A stretch of 64,000 nt of DNA from Pristiophorus japonicus (Eukaryota). Of the stretch, positions 1 to 13,299 are shown one piece after another. Every line of letters begins with the position of its first letter. Positions within the stretch are counted from its first letter, which is position 1. A program made the translations under genes and the position numbers. Where the stretch lies: the NCBI RefSeq assembly GCF_044704955.1, contig NC_092002.1, positions 26,908,001 through 26,972,000 of the forward strand, read 5' to 3'. Below the pieces are notes generated by a model. The model did no database searches. It was not told where the DNA came from and saw nothing but the letters and a program-made list of their open reading frames with translations.

Positions 1-1972
1 AGAGAGAGAGACTGCGCCTATAGAGAGAGAGAGACTGTGCCTATAGAGAGAGTCACTGAATCTATAAAAAGTCACTGAGCCTATAGAGAGACATGGAGCT
101 TATAGAGAGACACTGCGCCTATAGAGAAACACTGAGCCATAGAGAGAGACATGGAGCTTATAGAGAGACATCAAGCCTATAGAGAGAGACGCAGAGCCTA
201 TAGAGAGATACGGAGCCTATAGAGGAAGAGCCTATTGAGAGACACTGAGCCTATAGAGAGAGACACTCAGCCTATAGAGAGACACGGAGCCTATAGAGAG
301 TGACACTGGGCCTACAAGAAACACTGAACCTATAGAGTGAGACACTGAGCCTTTAGAGAGACACCGCGCCTACAGAGAGAGACAGGGAGCCTATAGACAT
401 TGGCACTGGGCCTATAGAGAGATACTGAGCCTATAGAGAGACTCTGAGCCTATAGAGAGACACTGAGCCTATAGTGATTGACACAGCCTATAGAGACACT
501 GAGCCTACAGAGAGACACATGGAGCCGATAGAGAGACACTGAGCCTATAGAGAGAGACACGGAGCCTATAGAGAAAGACACTGAGCCCATAGTGAGACAC
601 TGAGCCTATAGAGAGACATGGAGCCTATAGAGAGAGATGCAGAGAGTATAGAGAGACACTGCGCCTATAGAGAGAGACACTGCGCCTATAGAGAGACACG
701 GAGCCTATAGAGAAGGAGCCTGTAGAGAGACACTGAGCCTATAGAGAGAAACTGAGCCTAAAGAGAGAGACTCGGAGTTGATAGAGAGATACTGCACCTA
801 TAGAGAGACACTGTGTCTATAGAGAGAGAGAGACACACTGAGCCTGTAGAGACACAGAGGCTAGAGAGAAAGTCACTGAGCCTATAGAGAGAATCACTGA
901 GCGTATAGAGAGAGGCACGGAACCTATAGAGAGACACAGCCTATAGAGAGAGACACTGAGCGTATAGAGTGAGACACTGAGCCTATAGAGAGACACTAAG
1001 CCCGTAGAGAGACATGGAGCCTATAGAGAGCGACACGGAGAGTATAGAGAGAGACAAGCCTATTGAGAGACACTGAGCCTATAGAGAGACACTGCGTCTA
1101 TAGAGAGAGACACACACACTGAGCCTATAGAAACTGAGCCTATAGAGAAACAGAGGCTATAGAATGACACTGCGCCTATAGAGAGAGAGATGCAGAGCCT
1201 ATCGACAGACACTGAGCCTATAGAGAGACACTGCGTCTATAGAGAGAGACACACACACTCAGCCTATAGAAACTGAGCCTATAGAGACACAGGCTATAGA
1301 ATGACACTGCGCCTATAGAGAGGCACTGAGCCTATAGAGAGAGTAACTGAGCGTATAGAGAGAGGCACGGAACCTATACAGAGAGGCTGAGCCTATAGAG
1401 AGAGACATTGAGTGTATAGAGAGACACGGAGACTATAGAGAGAGACGCAGTGCCTATAGAGAGACATGGAGCCTATAGAGAGACACTGAGCCTATAGATT
1501 GCCACAGCCTGTAGAGACACTGAGCCTGTAGAGAGACACACGGAAACGATAGAGAGACACTGCGCCTAGAGAGAGACACTGCGCCGAGAGAGAGTGACGC
1601 GGAGAGTATAGAGAGAGACACTGAGCCTGTAGAGAGATAAACAGCATGTATGGAGAGACACAGCACATATGGAGAGACACTGAACCCATAGAGAGACACT
1701 GGACGATAGACAGACATGGCGCCTATAGAGAGACGTTGAGAGTATAGAGAGACATTGCGCCTATAGAGAGAGAGAGAGACTGCGCCTATGGAGAGAGAGA
1801 GACTGCGCCTATAGAGAGAGTCACTGAGCCTATAGAGAGAGACACTGAGCCTATTGAGAGACACTGCGTCTAAAGAGAGACACAACCTATAGAGACACTG
1901 AGCCTATAGAGAGTGACACTGAACCTATAGAAAGACACTGAGCCTATAGAGAGAGACAAAGAGCTTATAGAG
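1..1972. repeat. Satellite A, block 1: tandem repeat, core unit 19 bp AGAGAGACACTGAGCCTAT with variable (GA)n
   Basis: Direct reading; unit length varies (about 17-25 bp) with the number of GA dinucleotides; palindromic CTATAG at unit junctions. Confidence 0.97.
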
Positions 1973-1987
1973 GCCATTGCAGAGGCC

Positions 1988-1995
1988 TATAAAAG
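1988..1995 (+). promoter_or_regulatory. TATA-box-like TATAAAAG at the 5' end of CR1-a
   Basis: Exact TATAAAAG followed by a GC/CpG-rich stretch; function is inferred only. Confidence 0.35.
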
Positions 1996-2110
1996 GCACA
2001 GCAGGGAGTCCGGGGCCCAGCGTCGGCGGCAGTCGGGAGCAGCGTCGGGAGTCCGTTGGACTTGTGCAGCTACAGGGAGAAGGCAAAAAAGAAGTAGAAA
2101 GAAACAGAAA

Positions 2111-2155
2111 GGTGACATCACAGCCAAGGGGGTAAGTGATTGGCTGGTGATTGGT
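2111..2155 (+). promoter_or_regulatory. Putative internal promoter core of CR1-a: decayed CRE (TGACATCA) plus two inverted CCAAT boxes (GATTGG x2)
   Basis: The same block is conserved in CR1-b, where the CRE is a perfect TGACGTCA (17341-17348). Confidence 0.45.
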
Positions 2156-2231
2156 GACGAGTTTTTCTTTTTTTTCTTCTATAACAGTGAGTAAACTTTA
2201 GCATTGTTGTTGCCTATCTAAGGGTTAAGTC

Positions 2232-3160
2232 ATGGCAGGAGAGCTCGGTCACGTGATATGCTCCTCCTGTACCATTCCGGTGTCCCTGACGACTACGTGT
2301 GCGGGAAGTGTATCCACCTCCAGCTTCTGACGGACCGCGTCGCGGATTTGGAGCTGAGGGTGGATTCACTCTGGAGCATCCACGATACTGAGAATGACGT
2401 GAATAGCACGTTGAGTTAGTTGGTCATACCGCAGGTGAAGGATCCACAGCCAGCTAGGGAGAGGAAGACCAGCAGGAAGAGCAGTGCAAGGAAGGTAGTG
2501 CAGGGGTCCCCTGCGGTTATCCCCCTGCAAAACAGATACACCGCTTTGAGGACTGTTGAGGGGGATGACTCATCAGGGGAGGGCAGCAGCAGCCAAGTTC
2601 ATGGCACTGTGGCTGGCTCTGCTACACAGGAGGGCAGGAAAACGAGTGGGAGAGCGATAGTGATAGGGGATTCGATTGTAAGGGGAATAGATAGGCGTTT
2701 CTGCGGCCGCAACCGAGACTCCAGGATGGTATGTTGCCTCCCTGGTGCAAGAGTCAAGGATGTCTCGGAGCGGGTGCAGGACATTCTGAAAAGGCAGTGT
2801 GAACAGCCAGTTGTCGTGGTGCACATAGGTACCAACGATATAGGTAAAAAAAGGGATGAGGTCCTATGAGATGAATTTAAGGAGCTAGGCGCTAAATTAA
2901 AACGTAGGACCTCAAAAGTAGTAATCTCGGGATTGCTACCAGTGCCACGTGCTAGTCAGAGTAGGAATTGCAGGATAGCTCAGATGAATACGTGGCTTGA
3001 GCAGTGGTGCAGCAGGGAGGGATTCAAATTTCTAGGGCATTGGAACCGGTTCTGGGGGAGGTGGGACCAGTACAAACCGGACGGTCTGCACCTGGGCAGG
3101 ACCAGAACCAATGTCCTGGGGGGAGTGTTTGCTAGTGCTGTTGGGGAGGAGTTAAACTAA
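2232..3160 (+). pseudogene. CR1 ORF1 (CxxC-CxxC zinc finger, coiled coil, SGNH/GDSL esterase), disrupted
   Basis: Motifs IGDSIVR, PGA, HIGTND, PDGLHL; 19-nt deletion near 2274 relative to CR1-b; premature stops near 2417 and at 2867-2869 (CGA>TGA). Confidence 0.92.
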
Positions 3161-6142
3161 TATGGCAGGGGAATGGGAACCAATGCAGGGAGACAGAGGG
3201 AAACAAAAAGGTGACAAAAGCAAAAGACAGAAAGGAGATGAGTAAAAGTGGAGGGCAGAGAAACCCAAGGCAAAAAACAAAAAGGGCCATTGAATGTAAA
3301 GGGGCTGCAGGAGGGGTCAAAACTAAAAATCATGCATTAAAAACTAGTATTAAAACACTCGACCTAAACGCACGCAGCATTCGAAATAAAGTAAATGAGT
3401 TGACGGCACAAATCATTACAAAAAATTACAGAAACGTGGTTGCAGGGTGGCCAAGACTGGGAATTAAATGTACAGGGGTATCTGACGATTCGGAAAGATA
3501 GACAAGAAGGGAAAGGAGGTGGGGTAGCTCTGTTAATAAAAGATGACATCAGGGCAGTTGTGAGAGACGATATTGGCTCAAATGAACAAAATGTTGAATC
3601 ATTTTGGGTGAAGATTAGAGATAGTAAGGGGAAAAAGTCACTGGTGGGCGTAGTTTATAGGCCCCCAAATAATAACTTCACGGTGGGGCGGGCAATAATC
3701 AAGGGAATAATGGAGGCATGTGAAAAAGGAACGGCAGTAATCATTGGGGATTTTAACCTACATATCGATTGGTCAACTCAAATCGCACGGGGTTGCCTGG
3801 AGGAGGAATTCATAGAATGCAAACTGGATTGTTTCTGAGAACAGTATGTAACAGAACCTACAAGGGAGCAAGCTATCTTAGACCTGGTCCTGTGTAAAGA
3901 GACAGGAATAATAAACGATCTCCTGGTAAAAGATCCTCTCGGAATGAGTGATCACAGTATGGTTGAATTTGTAATACAGATTGAGGGTGAGGAAGTAGTG
4001 TCTCAAACGAGCGTGCTATGCTTAAACAAAGGGGACTACAGTGGGATGAGGGCAGAGTTGGCTAAAGTAGATTGGAAACACAGACTAAACGGTGGCACAA
4101 TTGAGGAACAGTGGAGGACTTTTAAGGAGCTCTTTCATAGTGCTCAACAAAAATATATTCCAATGAAAAAGAAGGGCGGTAAGAGAAGGGATAACCAGCC
4201 GTGGATAACCAGGGAAATTAAGGAGAGTATCAAATTAAAAACCAATGCGTATAAGGTGGCCAAGGTTAGTGGGAAAATAGAAGATTGGGAAAATTTTAAA
4301 CGACAGCAAAGAATGACTAAGAAAGCAATAAAGAAAGGAAAGATAGATTACGAAGGTAAACTTGCGCAAAACATAAAAACGGATAAGTAAAAGCTTTTAC
4401 AGATATATAAAACGGAAAAGAGTGACTGAAGTAAATGTTGGTCCCTTAGAAGATGGGAAGGGGGATTTAATAATGGGAAATGTGGAAATGGCTGAGACCT
4501 TAAACAATTATTTTGCTTCGGTCTTCACAGTGGAAGACACAGAAAACATGCCAGAAATTGCTGGTTACGGGAATGTGGGAAGGGAGGACCTTGAGACAAT
4601 CACTATCACTAGGGGGGTAGTGCTGGACAGGCTAATGGGACTGAAGGTAGACAAGTCCCCTGGTCCTGATGAAATGCATCCCAGGGTATTAAAAGAGATG
4701 GTGGAAGTTATAGCAGATGCATTCGTTATAAACTACCAAAATTCTCTGGACTCTGGGGAGGTACCAGCGGATTGGAAAGCAGCTAATGTAACGCCTCTGT
4801 TTAAAAAAGGGGGCAGACAAAAGGCAGGTAACTAACGGCCGGTTAGTTTAACATCTGTAGTGGGGAAAATGCTTGAAACTATCATTAAGGAAGAAATAGC
4901 GGGACATCTAGATAGGAATAGTGCAATCAAGCAGACGCAACATGGATTCATGAAGGGGAAATCATGTTTAACTAATTTACTGGAATTCTTTGAGGTTATA
5001 ACGAGCATGGTGGATAGAGGTGTACCGATGGATGTGGTGTATTTAGATTTCCAAAAGGCATTCGATAAGGTGCCACACAAAAGGTTACTGCAGAAGATAA
5101 AGGTACGCGGAGTCAGAGGAAATGTATTAGCATGGATAGAGAATTGGCTGGCCAACAAAAAGTAGAGAATCGGGATAAATGGGTCCTTTTCCGGTTGGAA
5201 ATCAGTGGTTAGTGGTGTGCCACAGGGATCGGTGCTGGGACCACAACTGTTTACAATATACATAGATGACCTGGAAGAGGCGACAGAAAGTAGTGTAACA
5301 AAATTTGCAGATGACACAAAGATTAGTGGGAAAGCGGGTTGTGTAGAGGACAGAGAGAGGCTGCAAAGAGATTTAGATAGGTTAAGCGAATGGGCTAAGG
5401 TTTGGCAGATGGAATACAATGTCGGAAAATGTGAGGTCATCCACCTTGGGAAAAAAACAGTAAAAGGGAATACTATTTGAATGGGGAGAAATTACAACAT
5501 GCTGCGGTGCAGAGGAACCTGGGGGTCCTTGTGCATGAATCCCAAAAAGTTAGTTTGCAGGTGCAGCAGGTAATCAGGAAGGCGAGTGGAATGTTGGCCT
5601 TCATTGCGAGAGGGATGGAGTACAAAAGCAGGGAGGTCCTGCTGCAACTGTATAGGGTATTGGTGAGGCCACACCTGGAGTACTGCGTGCAGTTTTGGTC
5701 GCCTTACTTAAGGGAGGATATACTGGCTTTGAAGGGGGTACAGAGACGATTCACGAGGCTGATTGCGGAGATGACGGGGTTACCTTATGATGATAGATTG
5801 AGTAGACTGGGTCTTTACTCGTTGGAGTTCAGAAGGATGAGGGGTGATCTTATAGAAACATTTAAAATAATGAAAGGGATAGACAAGATAGAGGCAGAGA
5901 GGTTGTTTCCACTGGTCGGGGAGACTAGAACTAGGGGGCACAGCCTCAAAATACGGGGGAGCCAATTTAAAATCGAGTTGAGAAGGAATTTCTTCTCCCA
6001 GAGGGTTGTGAATCTGTGGAATTCTCTGCCTAAGGAAGCAGTTGAGGCTAGCTCATTGAATGTATTCAAGTCACAGATAGATAGATTTTTATCCAATAAG
6101 GGAATTAAGGGTTACGGGGAGAGGGCGGGTAAGTGGAGCTGA
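3140..6142 (+). pseudogene. CR1 ORF2 (APE endonuclease + reverse transcriptase), several stops and frameshifts; start approximate
   Basis: LNARS, VYRPP, GDFN, SDH (APE); KSPGPD, QHGF, YLDFQKAFDKV, GVPQGSVLGP, FADD (RT); CR1-type C-terminus RPHLEYCVQFWSP...RTRGH...RVVNLWNSLP. Confidence 0.95.
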
Positions 6143-6178
6143 GTCCACGGCCAGATCAGCCATGATCTTGTTGAATGG

Positions 6179-6236
6179 CGGAGCAGGCTCGAGGGGCTAG
6201 ATGGCCTACTCCTGTTCCTAATTCTTATGTTCTTAT
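6179..6236 (+). other. CR1-a 3'UTR stem-loop and octamer tail
   Basis: GGAGCAGG...CCTGTTCC complementary arms followed by (TTCTTATG)n, as is typical of CR1 3' ends. Confidence 0.75.
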
Positions 6237-9200
6237 AGAGAGACACTGCGCCTATAGAGAAACACTGAGCCTATAGAGAGAGAGACATGGAGCTTATAGA
6301 GAGACACCAAGCCTATAGAGAGAGTCACGGAGCCTGTAGAGATAGAGCTATTGAGAGACACTGAGCCTATAGAGAGAGGCACTTAGCCTTTCGAGTCACA
6401 CTGAGCCTATAGAGAGAGATACAGCGTGTATGGAGAGACACTGAGCCCATAGAGAGACACTGAGCCCATAGAGAGTGACGCTGAGCCTATAGAGAGAGAC
6501 ACTGAGCCTATAGAGAGTGACACTGAGCCTATAGAGAGACACTGAGCCCATAAAGAGGCACTGAGCCCATAGAGAGGCACTGAGCCCATAGAGAGGCACT
6601 GAGCCCATAGAGAGACACTGAGCCCATAGAGAGACACTGAGCCCATAGAGAGACACTGAGCCCATAGAGAGACACTGAGCCCATAGAGAGACACTGAGCC
6701 CATAGAGAGACACTGAGCCCATAGAGAGACACTGAGCCCATAGAGAGACACTGAGCCCATAGAGAGACACTGAGCCCATAGAGAGACACTGAGCCCATAG
6801 AGAGACACTGAGCCCATAGAGAGACACTGAGCCCATAGAGAGACACTGAGCCCATAGAGAGAGACACTGAGCCCATAGAGAGAGACGCAGAGAGTATAGA
6901 GAGATTCACTGCACCTATAGAGAGCGACACTGAACCTACAGAGAGACACTGAGCCTATAGAGAGACGCAGTGCCTATAGAGAGACACGGAGCCTATAGAG
7001 AAGGAGCCTGTAGAGAGACACTGAGCCTATAGAGAGACACTGAGTCTATAGAGAGAGAGACACTGAGCCTGGAGAGACAGACACTGAGCCTATGGAGAGA
7101 ATCACTGAGCGTATAGAGAGAGGCACGGAACCTATAGAGAGACACTGAGACTACAGAGAGAGACACGGAGTTTATAGAGAGACACTGATCCTATAGAGAG
7201 ACGCAGTGCCTATAGAGAGACACGGAGCCGAAAGAGATTGCCACAGCCGATAGAGACACTGCGCCTATAGAGAGAGATGCGGAGTCTATCGACAGACACT
7301 GAGCCTATAGACAGACACTGAGCCTATAGAGAGAGTAACTGAGCCTGTAGAGAGAGGCACTGAGCCTATAGAGAGAGATTGCGCATATAACGAGACACTG
7401 AGCCTATAGCGGAACCCAGCCTATAGCGAGAGACTCTGAGTCTATGGAGAGGAACACTGAGCCTCTATAGAGGAACAATGAGCCTATAGAGACACTGAGC
7501 CTATATAGAGAGAGACACTGAGCCTGTAGTCACTGACCCTATAGAGTGAGACATTGACGCTGTAGTCACCGATGCTATAGAGAGACACTGAGCCTATAGA
7601 CACAGCCTATGGAGACACTGAACCTATAGAGAGAGAGAGACACTGAGCCTGTAGTCACTGAGCCTATAGAGTGAGACACTGACCCTGTAGTCACTGATCC
7701 TATAGACACTGCCTATAGAGACACAGAGTCCATAGAGAGACACTGAGCCTCTAGAGATTGACACAGTCTATAGAGACACTGAGCCTATAGAGAGACACAT
7801 GGGACCGATAGAGAGAGATACTGAGCCTATAGAGAGACACATGGAACCGATAGAGAGACACTGCGCCTAGAGAGAGAGAGAGAGAGAGAGAGACACTGAG
7901 CCTATAGAGTGAGACACTGACCCTGTAGTCACTGATCCTATAGACACTGCCTATAGAGACACTGAGCCTCAAGAGATTGACACAGTCTATAGAGACACTG
8001 AGCCTATAGAGAGACACACGGAACCGATAGAGAGAGACACTGAGCCTATAGAGAGACAAACGGAACCGATAGAGACACTGCGCCTAGAGAGAGAGAGAGA
8101 CACTGAGTCGATAGAGTGAGACACTGAGCGTATAGAGAGACACTGAGCCCATAGAGAGACATGGAGCCTATAGAGAGAGATGCGTAGAGTATAGAGAGAC
8201 ACTGAGCTTATAGAGAGAGACACTGAGCCCATAGAGAGACACTGAGCCGATATAGAGGAACACTGAGCCTATAGTCACTGAGCCTATAGACACAGTCAAT
8301 AGAGACACTGAGTCCATAGAGAGACACTGAGCCTATAGAGAGAGACACTGAGCCCATAGAGAGACACTGAGCCTATAGAGAGAAATGGAGCCTTTCGAGA
8401 GAGAGAGACTGAGCCCATAGAGAGTCACTGAGCCTATAAAGAAACACTGCGCCTAGAGAGAGACATGGAGCCGAAAGAGAGAGACGTGGAGAGTATAGAG
8501 ACACTGAGCCTATATAGAGAGACACTGAGCCCATAGAGAGACACTGAGCCCATAGAGAGACACTGAGCCTATAGAAAGAAATGGAGCCTTTCGAGAGAGA
8601 GAGACTGAGCCCATAGAGAGTCACTGAGCCTATAGAGAGACACCGAGCCTATAGCCAGGCTGGGAGCCTATAGAGAGAGACGCGGAGAGTATAGAGAGAC
8701 ACTGCGCCTATAGAGAGAGACACTGCGCCTAAAGAGAGAGATACTGAACCTATAGAGAGACGCTGAGCCTATAGAGAGAGATGCAGAGCCTATAGACAGA
8801 CAGGGAGCCTATAGAGAGACACTGAGCCTATTGAGACATTGAGCCTATAGAGACAGACATGGAGCCTATAGAGAGAGACACTGAGCCTATAGAGAGACAC
8901 TGAGCCTATAGAGGGAGACACGGAGCCTATAACGAGACACGGAGCCCATAGAGAGAGAGCCTATAGAGAGACACTGAGTCTATAGAGAGACACTGAGCCC
9001 ATAGAGAAAGACACTGAGCCTATAGAGAGACACTGAGCCTCTCGAGACACACACTGAGCTCTTAGAGAGAGACGCAGCCTATAGAGACAGTGAGCCTATA
9101 GAGAGAGACACAGAGCTTATAGAGAGACACAGCGCCTATAGAGAGACACTGTGCCTATAGAGACACAGAGGCTATAGAATGACACTGCGCCTATAGAGAG

Positions 9201-12200
9201 AGATGCGGAGTCTATCGACAGACACTAAGCCTATAGAGAGACACTGAGCCTATAGAGAGAGAGACACCGCCTATAGAGAAAGTCACTGAGCCTATAGAGA
9301 AAGTCACTGAGCCTATAGAGAGAGTAACTGAGACTGTAGAGAGAGGCATGGAGCCTGTAGAGCGAGACACTGAGCCTATAGAGAGACACTGAGCCTATAG
9401 AGAGAGATTGCACCTATAACGAGACACTGAGCCTATAGCGGAACCCAGCCTATAGCGAGAGACTCTGAGTCTATGGAGAGGAACACTGAGCCTCTATAGA
9501 GGAACACTGAGCCTATAGAGACACTGAGCCTATATCGAGGAACACTGAGCCTATAGTCACTTAGCCTATAGAGTGAGACACTGACCCTGTAGTCACTGAG
9601 CCTATAGGCACTGTCTATAGAGACACTGCGCCTATAGAGAAACACTGCGCCTAGAGAGAGACATGGAGCCTTTCGAGAGAGACGCGGAGAGTATAGAGAC
9701 ACTGAGCCTATAGAGAGAGACACTGAGCCCATAGAGAGACACTGAGCCTATAGAGAGACATGGAGCCTTTAGAGAGAGAGAGACTGAGCCCATAGAGAGT
9801 CACTGAGCCTATAGAGAGACACTGAGCCTATAGAGAGTCACTGAGCCTATAGAGAGACATGGAGAGTATAGAGAGACACTGAGCCTATAGAGAGACACAG
9901 CCTATAGCCAGACTGGGAGCCTATAGAGAGACGCGGAGAGTATAGAGAGACACTGCGTCCATAGAGAGAGACACTGCGCCGAAAGAGAGAGATACTGAAC
10001 CTATAGAGAGACACTGAGCCTGTAGAGAGAGATTGCGCCTATAACGAGACACTGAGCCTATAGCGGAATCCAGCCTATAGCGAGAGACTCTGAGTCTATG
10101 GAGAGGAACACTGAGCCTCTATAGAGGAACACTGAGCCTATAGAGACACTGAGCTTATATAGAGTGAGACACTGACCCTGTAGTCACTGAGCCTATAGGC
10201 ACAGTCTATAGAGACACTGCGCCTATAGAGAAACACTGCGCCTAGAAAGAGACATGGAGCCTATAGAGAGAGACGCGGAGAGTATAGAGACACTGAGCCT
10301 ATAGAGAGAGACACTGAGCCCATAGAGAGACACTGAGCCCAGAGAGAGACACTGAGCCCAGAGAGAGACACTGAGCCTATAGAGAGACATGGAGCCTATA
10401 GAGAGAAACGCGGAGAGTATAGAGACACTGAGCCCATAGAGAGACACTGAGCCTATAGAGAGACAAGGAACCTATAGAGAGAGACACGGAGAGTATAGAG
10501 AGACACTGAGCCTATAGAGAGACACTGAGCCAATAGCCAGACTGGGAGCCTATAGAGAGAGACGCGAAGAGTATAGAGAGACACTGCGCCTATAGAGAGA
10601 GACACTGCGCCGAAAGAGAGAGATACTGAACCTATAGAGAGACACGGAGCCTATAGAGAGAGACAGGGAGCCTATAGAGAGACATGGGGCCTATAGAGAC
10701 AGAGCCTATGGAGAGGCACTGAGCCTATAGAGCAACACAGAGCTTATAGAGAGACATTGAGCGTATAGAGAGACACTGAGCCTATTGAGACATTGAGCCT
10801 ATAGAGACAGACATGGAGCCTATAGAGAGAGACACTGAGCCTATAGAGGGAGACGCGGAGCCTATAACGAGACACGGAGCCCATAGAAAAAGAGCCTATA
10901 GAGAGACACTGAGTCTATAGAGAGACACTGGGCCTAAAGAGAGAGATACTGAGTCTATAGCGAGACACTGAGCCCATAGAGAAAGACACTGAGCCTATAG
11001 AGAGACACTGAGCCTCTCGAGACACACACTGAGCTCTTAGAGAGAGACGCAGCCTATAGAGACAGTGAGCCTATAGAGAGAGACACAGAGCTTATAGAGA
11101 GACACAGCGCCTAACTGTACCTATAGAGACACAGAGGCTATAGAATGACACTGCGCCTATAGAGAGAGATGCGGAGTCTATCGACAGACACTAAGCCTAT
11201 AGAGTGACACTGAGCCTATAGAGAGAGAGACACCGCCTATAGAGAAAGTCACTGAGCCTATAGAGAGAGTAACTGAGACTGTAGAGAGAGGCACGGAGCC
11301 TGTAGAGAGAGACACTGAGCCTATAGAGAGACACTGACCCTATAGAGAGAGATTGCGCCTATAACAAAATACTGAGCCTATAGCGGAACCCAGCCTATAG
11401 CAAGAGGCTCTGAGTCTATGGAGAGAAACACTGAGTCTCTATAGAGGAACACTGAGCCTATAGAGACACTGAGCCTATAGAGAGAGAGGCACTGAGCCTG
11501 TAGTCACTGACCCTATAGAGTGAGACATTGACCCTGTAGTCACCGAGCCTATAGAGAGACACTGAGCCTATAGACACAGCCTATGGAGACACTGAACCTA
11601 TAGAGAGAGAGAGACATTGAGCCTGTAGTCACTGATCCTATAGACACTGCCTATAGAGACACAGAGTCCATAGAGAGACACTGAGCCTCTAGAGATTGGC
11701 ACATTCTATAGAGACACTGAGCCTATAGAGAGACACACGGAACCGATAGAGAGACACTGCGCCTAGAGAGAGAGAGAGACACTGAGCCTATAGAGTGAGA
11801 CACTGAGCGTATAGAGAGACACTGAGCCCATAGAGAGACATGGAGCCTATAGAGAGAGATGCGGAGAGTATAGAGAGAGACACTGAGCTTATAGAGAGAG
11901 ACACTGAGCTTATAGAGAGACACACGGAACCGATAGAGAGACACTGAGCCTATAGAGAGACACACGGAACCGATAGAGAGACACTGCGCCTAGAGAGAGA
12001 GAGAGACACTGAGCCTATAGAGTGAGACACTGAGCGTATAGAGAGACACTGAGCCCATAGAGAGACATGGAGCCTATAGAGAGAGATGCGGAGAGTATAG
12101 AGAGAGACACTGAGCTTATAGAGAGAGACACTGAGCTTATAGAGAGAGACACTGAGCCTATATAGAGGTTCACTGAGCCGATATAGAGGAACATTGAGCC

Positions 12201-13263
12201 TATAGTCACTGAGCCTGTAGAGTGAGACACTGACCCTGTAGTCACTGAGCCTATAGACACAGTCTGTAGAGACCTGAGGCTATAGAGAGGCACTGAGTCT
12301 ATAGAGAGACACTGCGCCTATAGAGAAACACTGCGCCTAGAGAGAGACACTGAGCCTATAGAGAGAGACACTGAGCCCATAGAGAGACACTGAGCCTATA
12401 TAGAGACATGGAGCCTTTAGAGAGAGAGTCACTGAGCCCATAGAGAGTCACTGAGCCTATAGAGAGACAAGGAACCTATAGAGAGAGACGCGGAGAGTAT
12501 AGAGAGACATTGCACCTATAGAGAGAGAGAGACTGCGCCTATAGAGAGAGAGTCTGCGCCTATTGAGAGAGACTGCGCCTATTGAGAGACACTGCGTCTA
12601 TAGAGAGACACAGCCTATACAGACACTGAGCCTATAGAGAGAGACACTGAGCCTTTAGAGGGACACTGAGCCCATAGAGATTGCGCCTTTAACAAGACAC
12701 TGAGTCTATAGAGAGGAACACTGCACCTATAGAGAGACACTGAGCCTATAGAGAGACACTGAGCCGATAGAGAATCACTGAGCCTATAGAGCGAGACACT
12801 GACCCTGTAGTCACTGAACCTATGGAGAGACACTGAACCTATAGACACAGCCTATAGAGAGACACTGAGCCGATAGAGATTGACACAGCCTATAGAGACA
12901 CTGAGCCTATAGAGATACACACGGAAGCGATAGAGAGACACTGAGTCTATAGAGAAACACTGAGCCAAAAGAGGGACATGGAGCCTATAGAGAGAGACGC
13001 GGAGAGTATAGAGAGACACTGAGCATAAAGAGAGAGACACGGAACCTATGGAGAGATACTGAACCTATAGAGATACACGGAGCCTATAGAGGGAGACACA
13101 GCCTATAGAGAGACACAGAGCCAAAAGAGAGAGACGCAGAGCCTTTAGAGACATAGAGGCTATAGAATAACACTGCGCCTATAGAGAGAGACACTGAGCC
13201 TATAGAGAGAGACACTGAGCGTATAGAGAAAGTCACTGAGCCTATAGAGAGACAGCCTATAGA
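6232..13263. repeat. Satellite A, block 2 (includes a homogeneous run of GAGCCCATAGAGAGACACT at about 6541-6880)
   Basis: Direct reading; variant strings recur at kb spacing. Confidence 0.97.
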
Positions 13264-13299
13264 AACATAGAAAATAGTTTCTATGGCTGATCATTCACC

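Larger units (their letters stand above)
1973..6236 (+). mobile_element. CR1-clade LINE, apparently full length, degenerate (CR1-a)
   Basis: 5'UTR, ORF1 with esterase, ORF2 with APE endonuclease and RT, 3' stem-loop, tail TTCTTATG-TTCTTAT; flanked by direct repeat CTTATAGAG (1964-1972 and 6232-6240). Confidence 0.95.

Noticed and set aside
1454-13040. Minus-strand ORFs such as SVSLYRLSVSL in satellite A
   Set aside because: Translation artefacts of the 19-bp repeat
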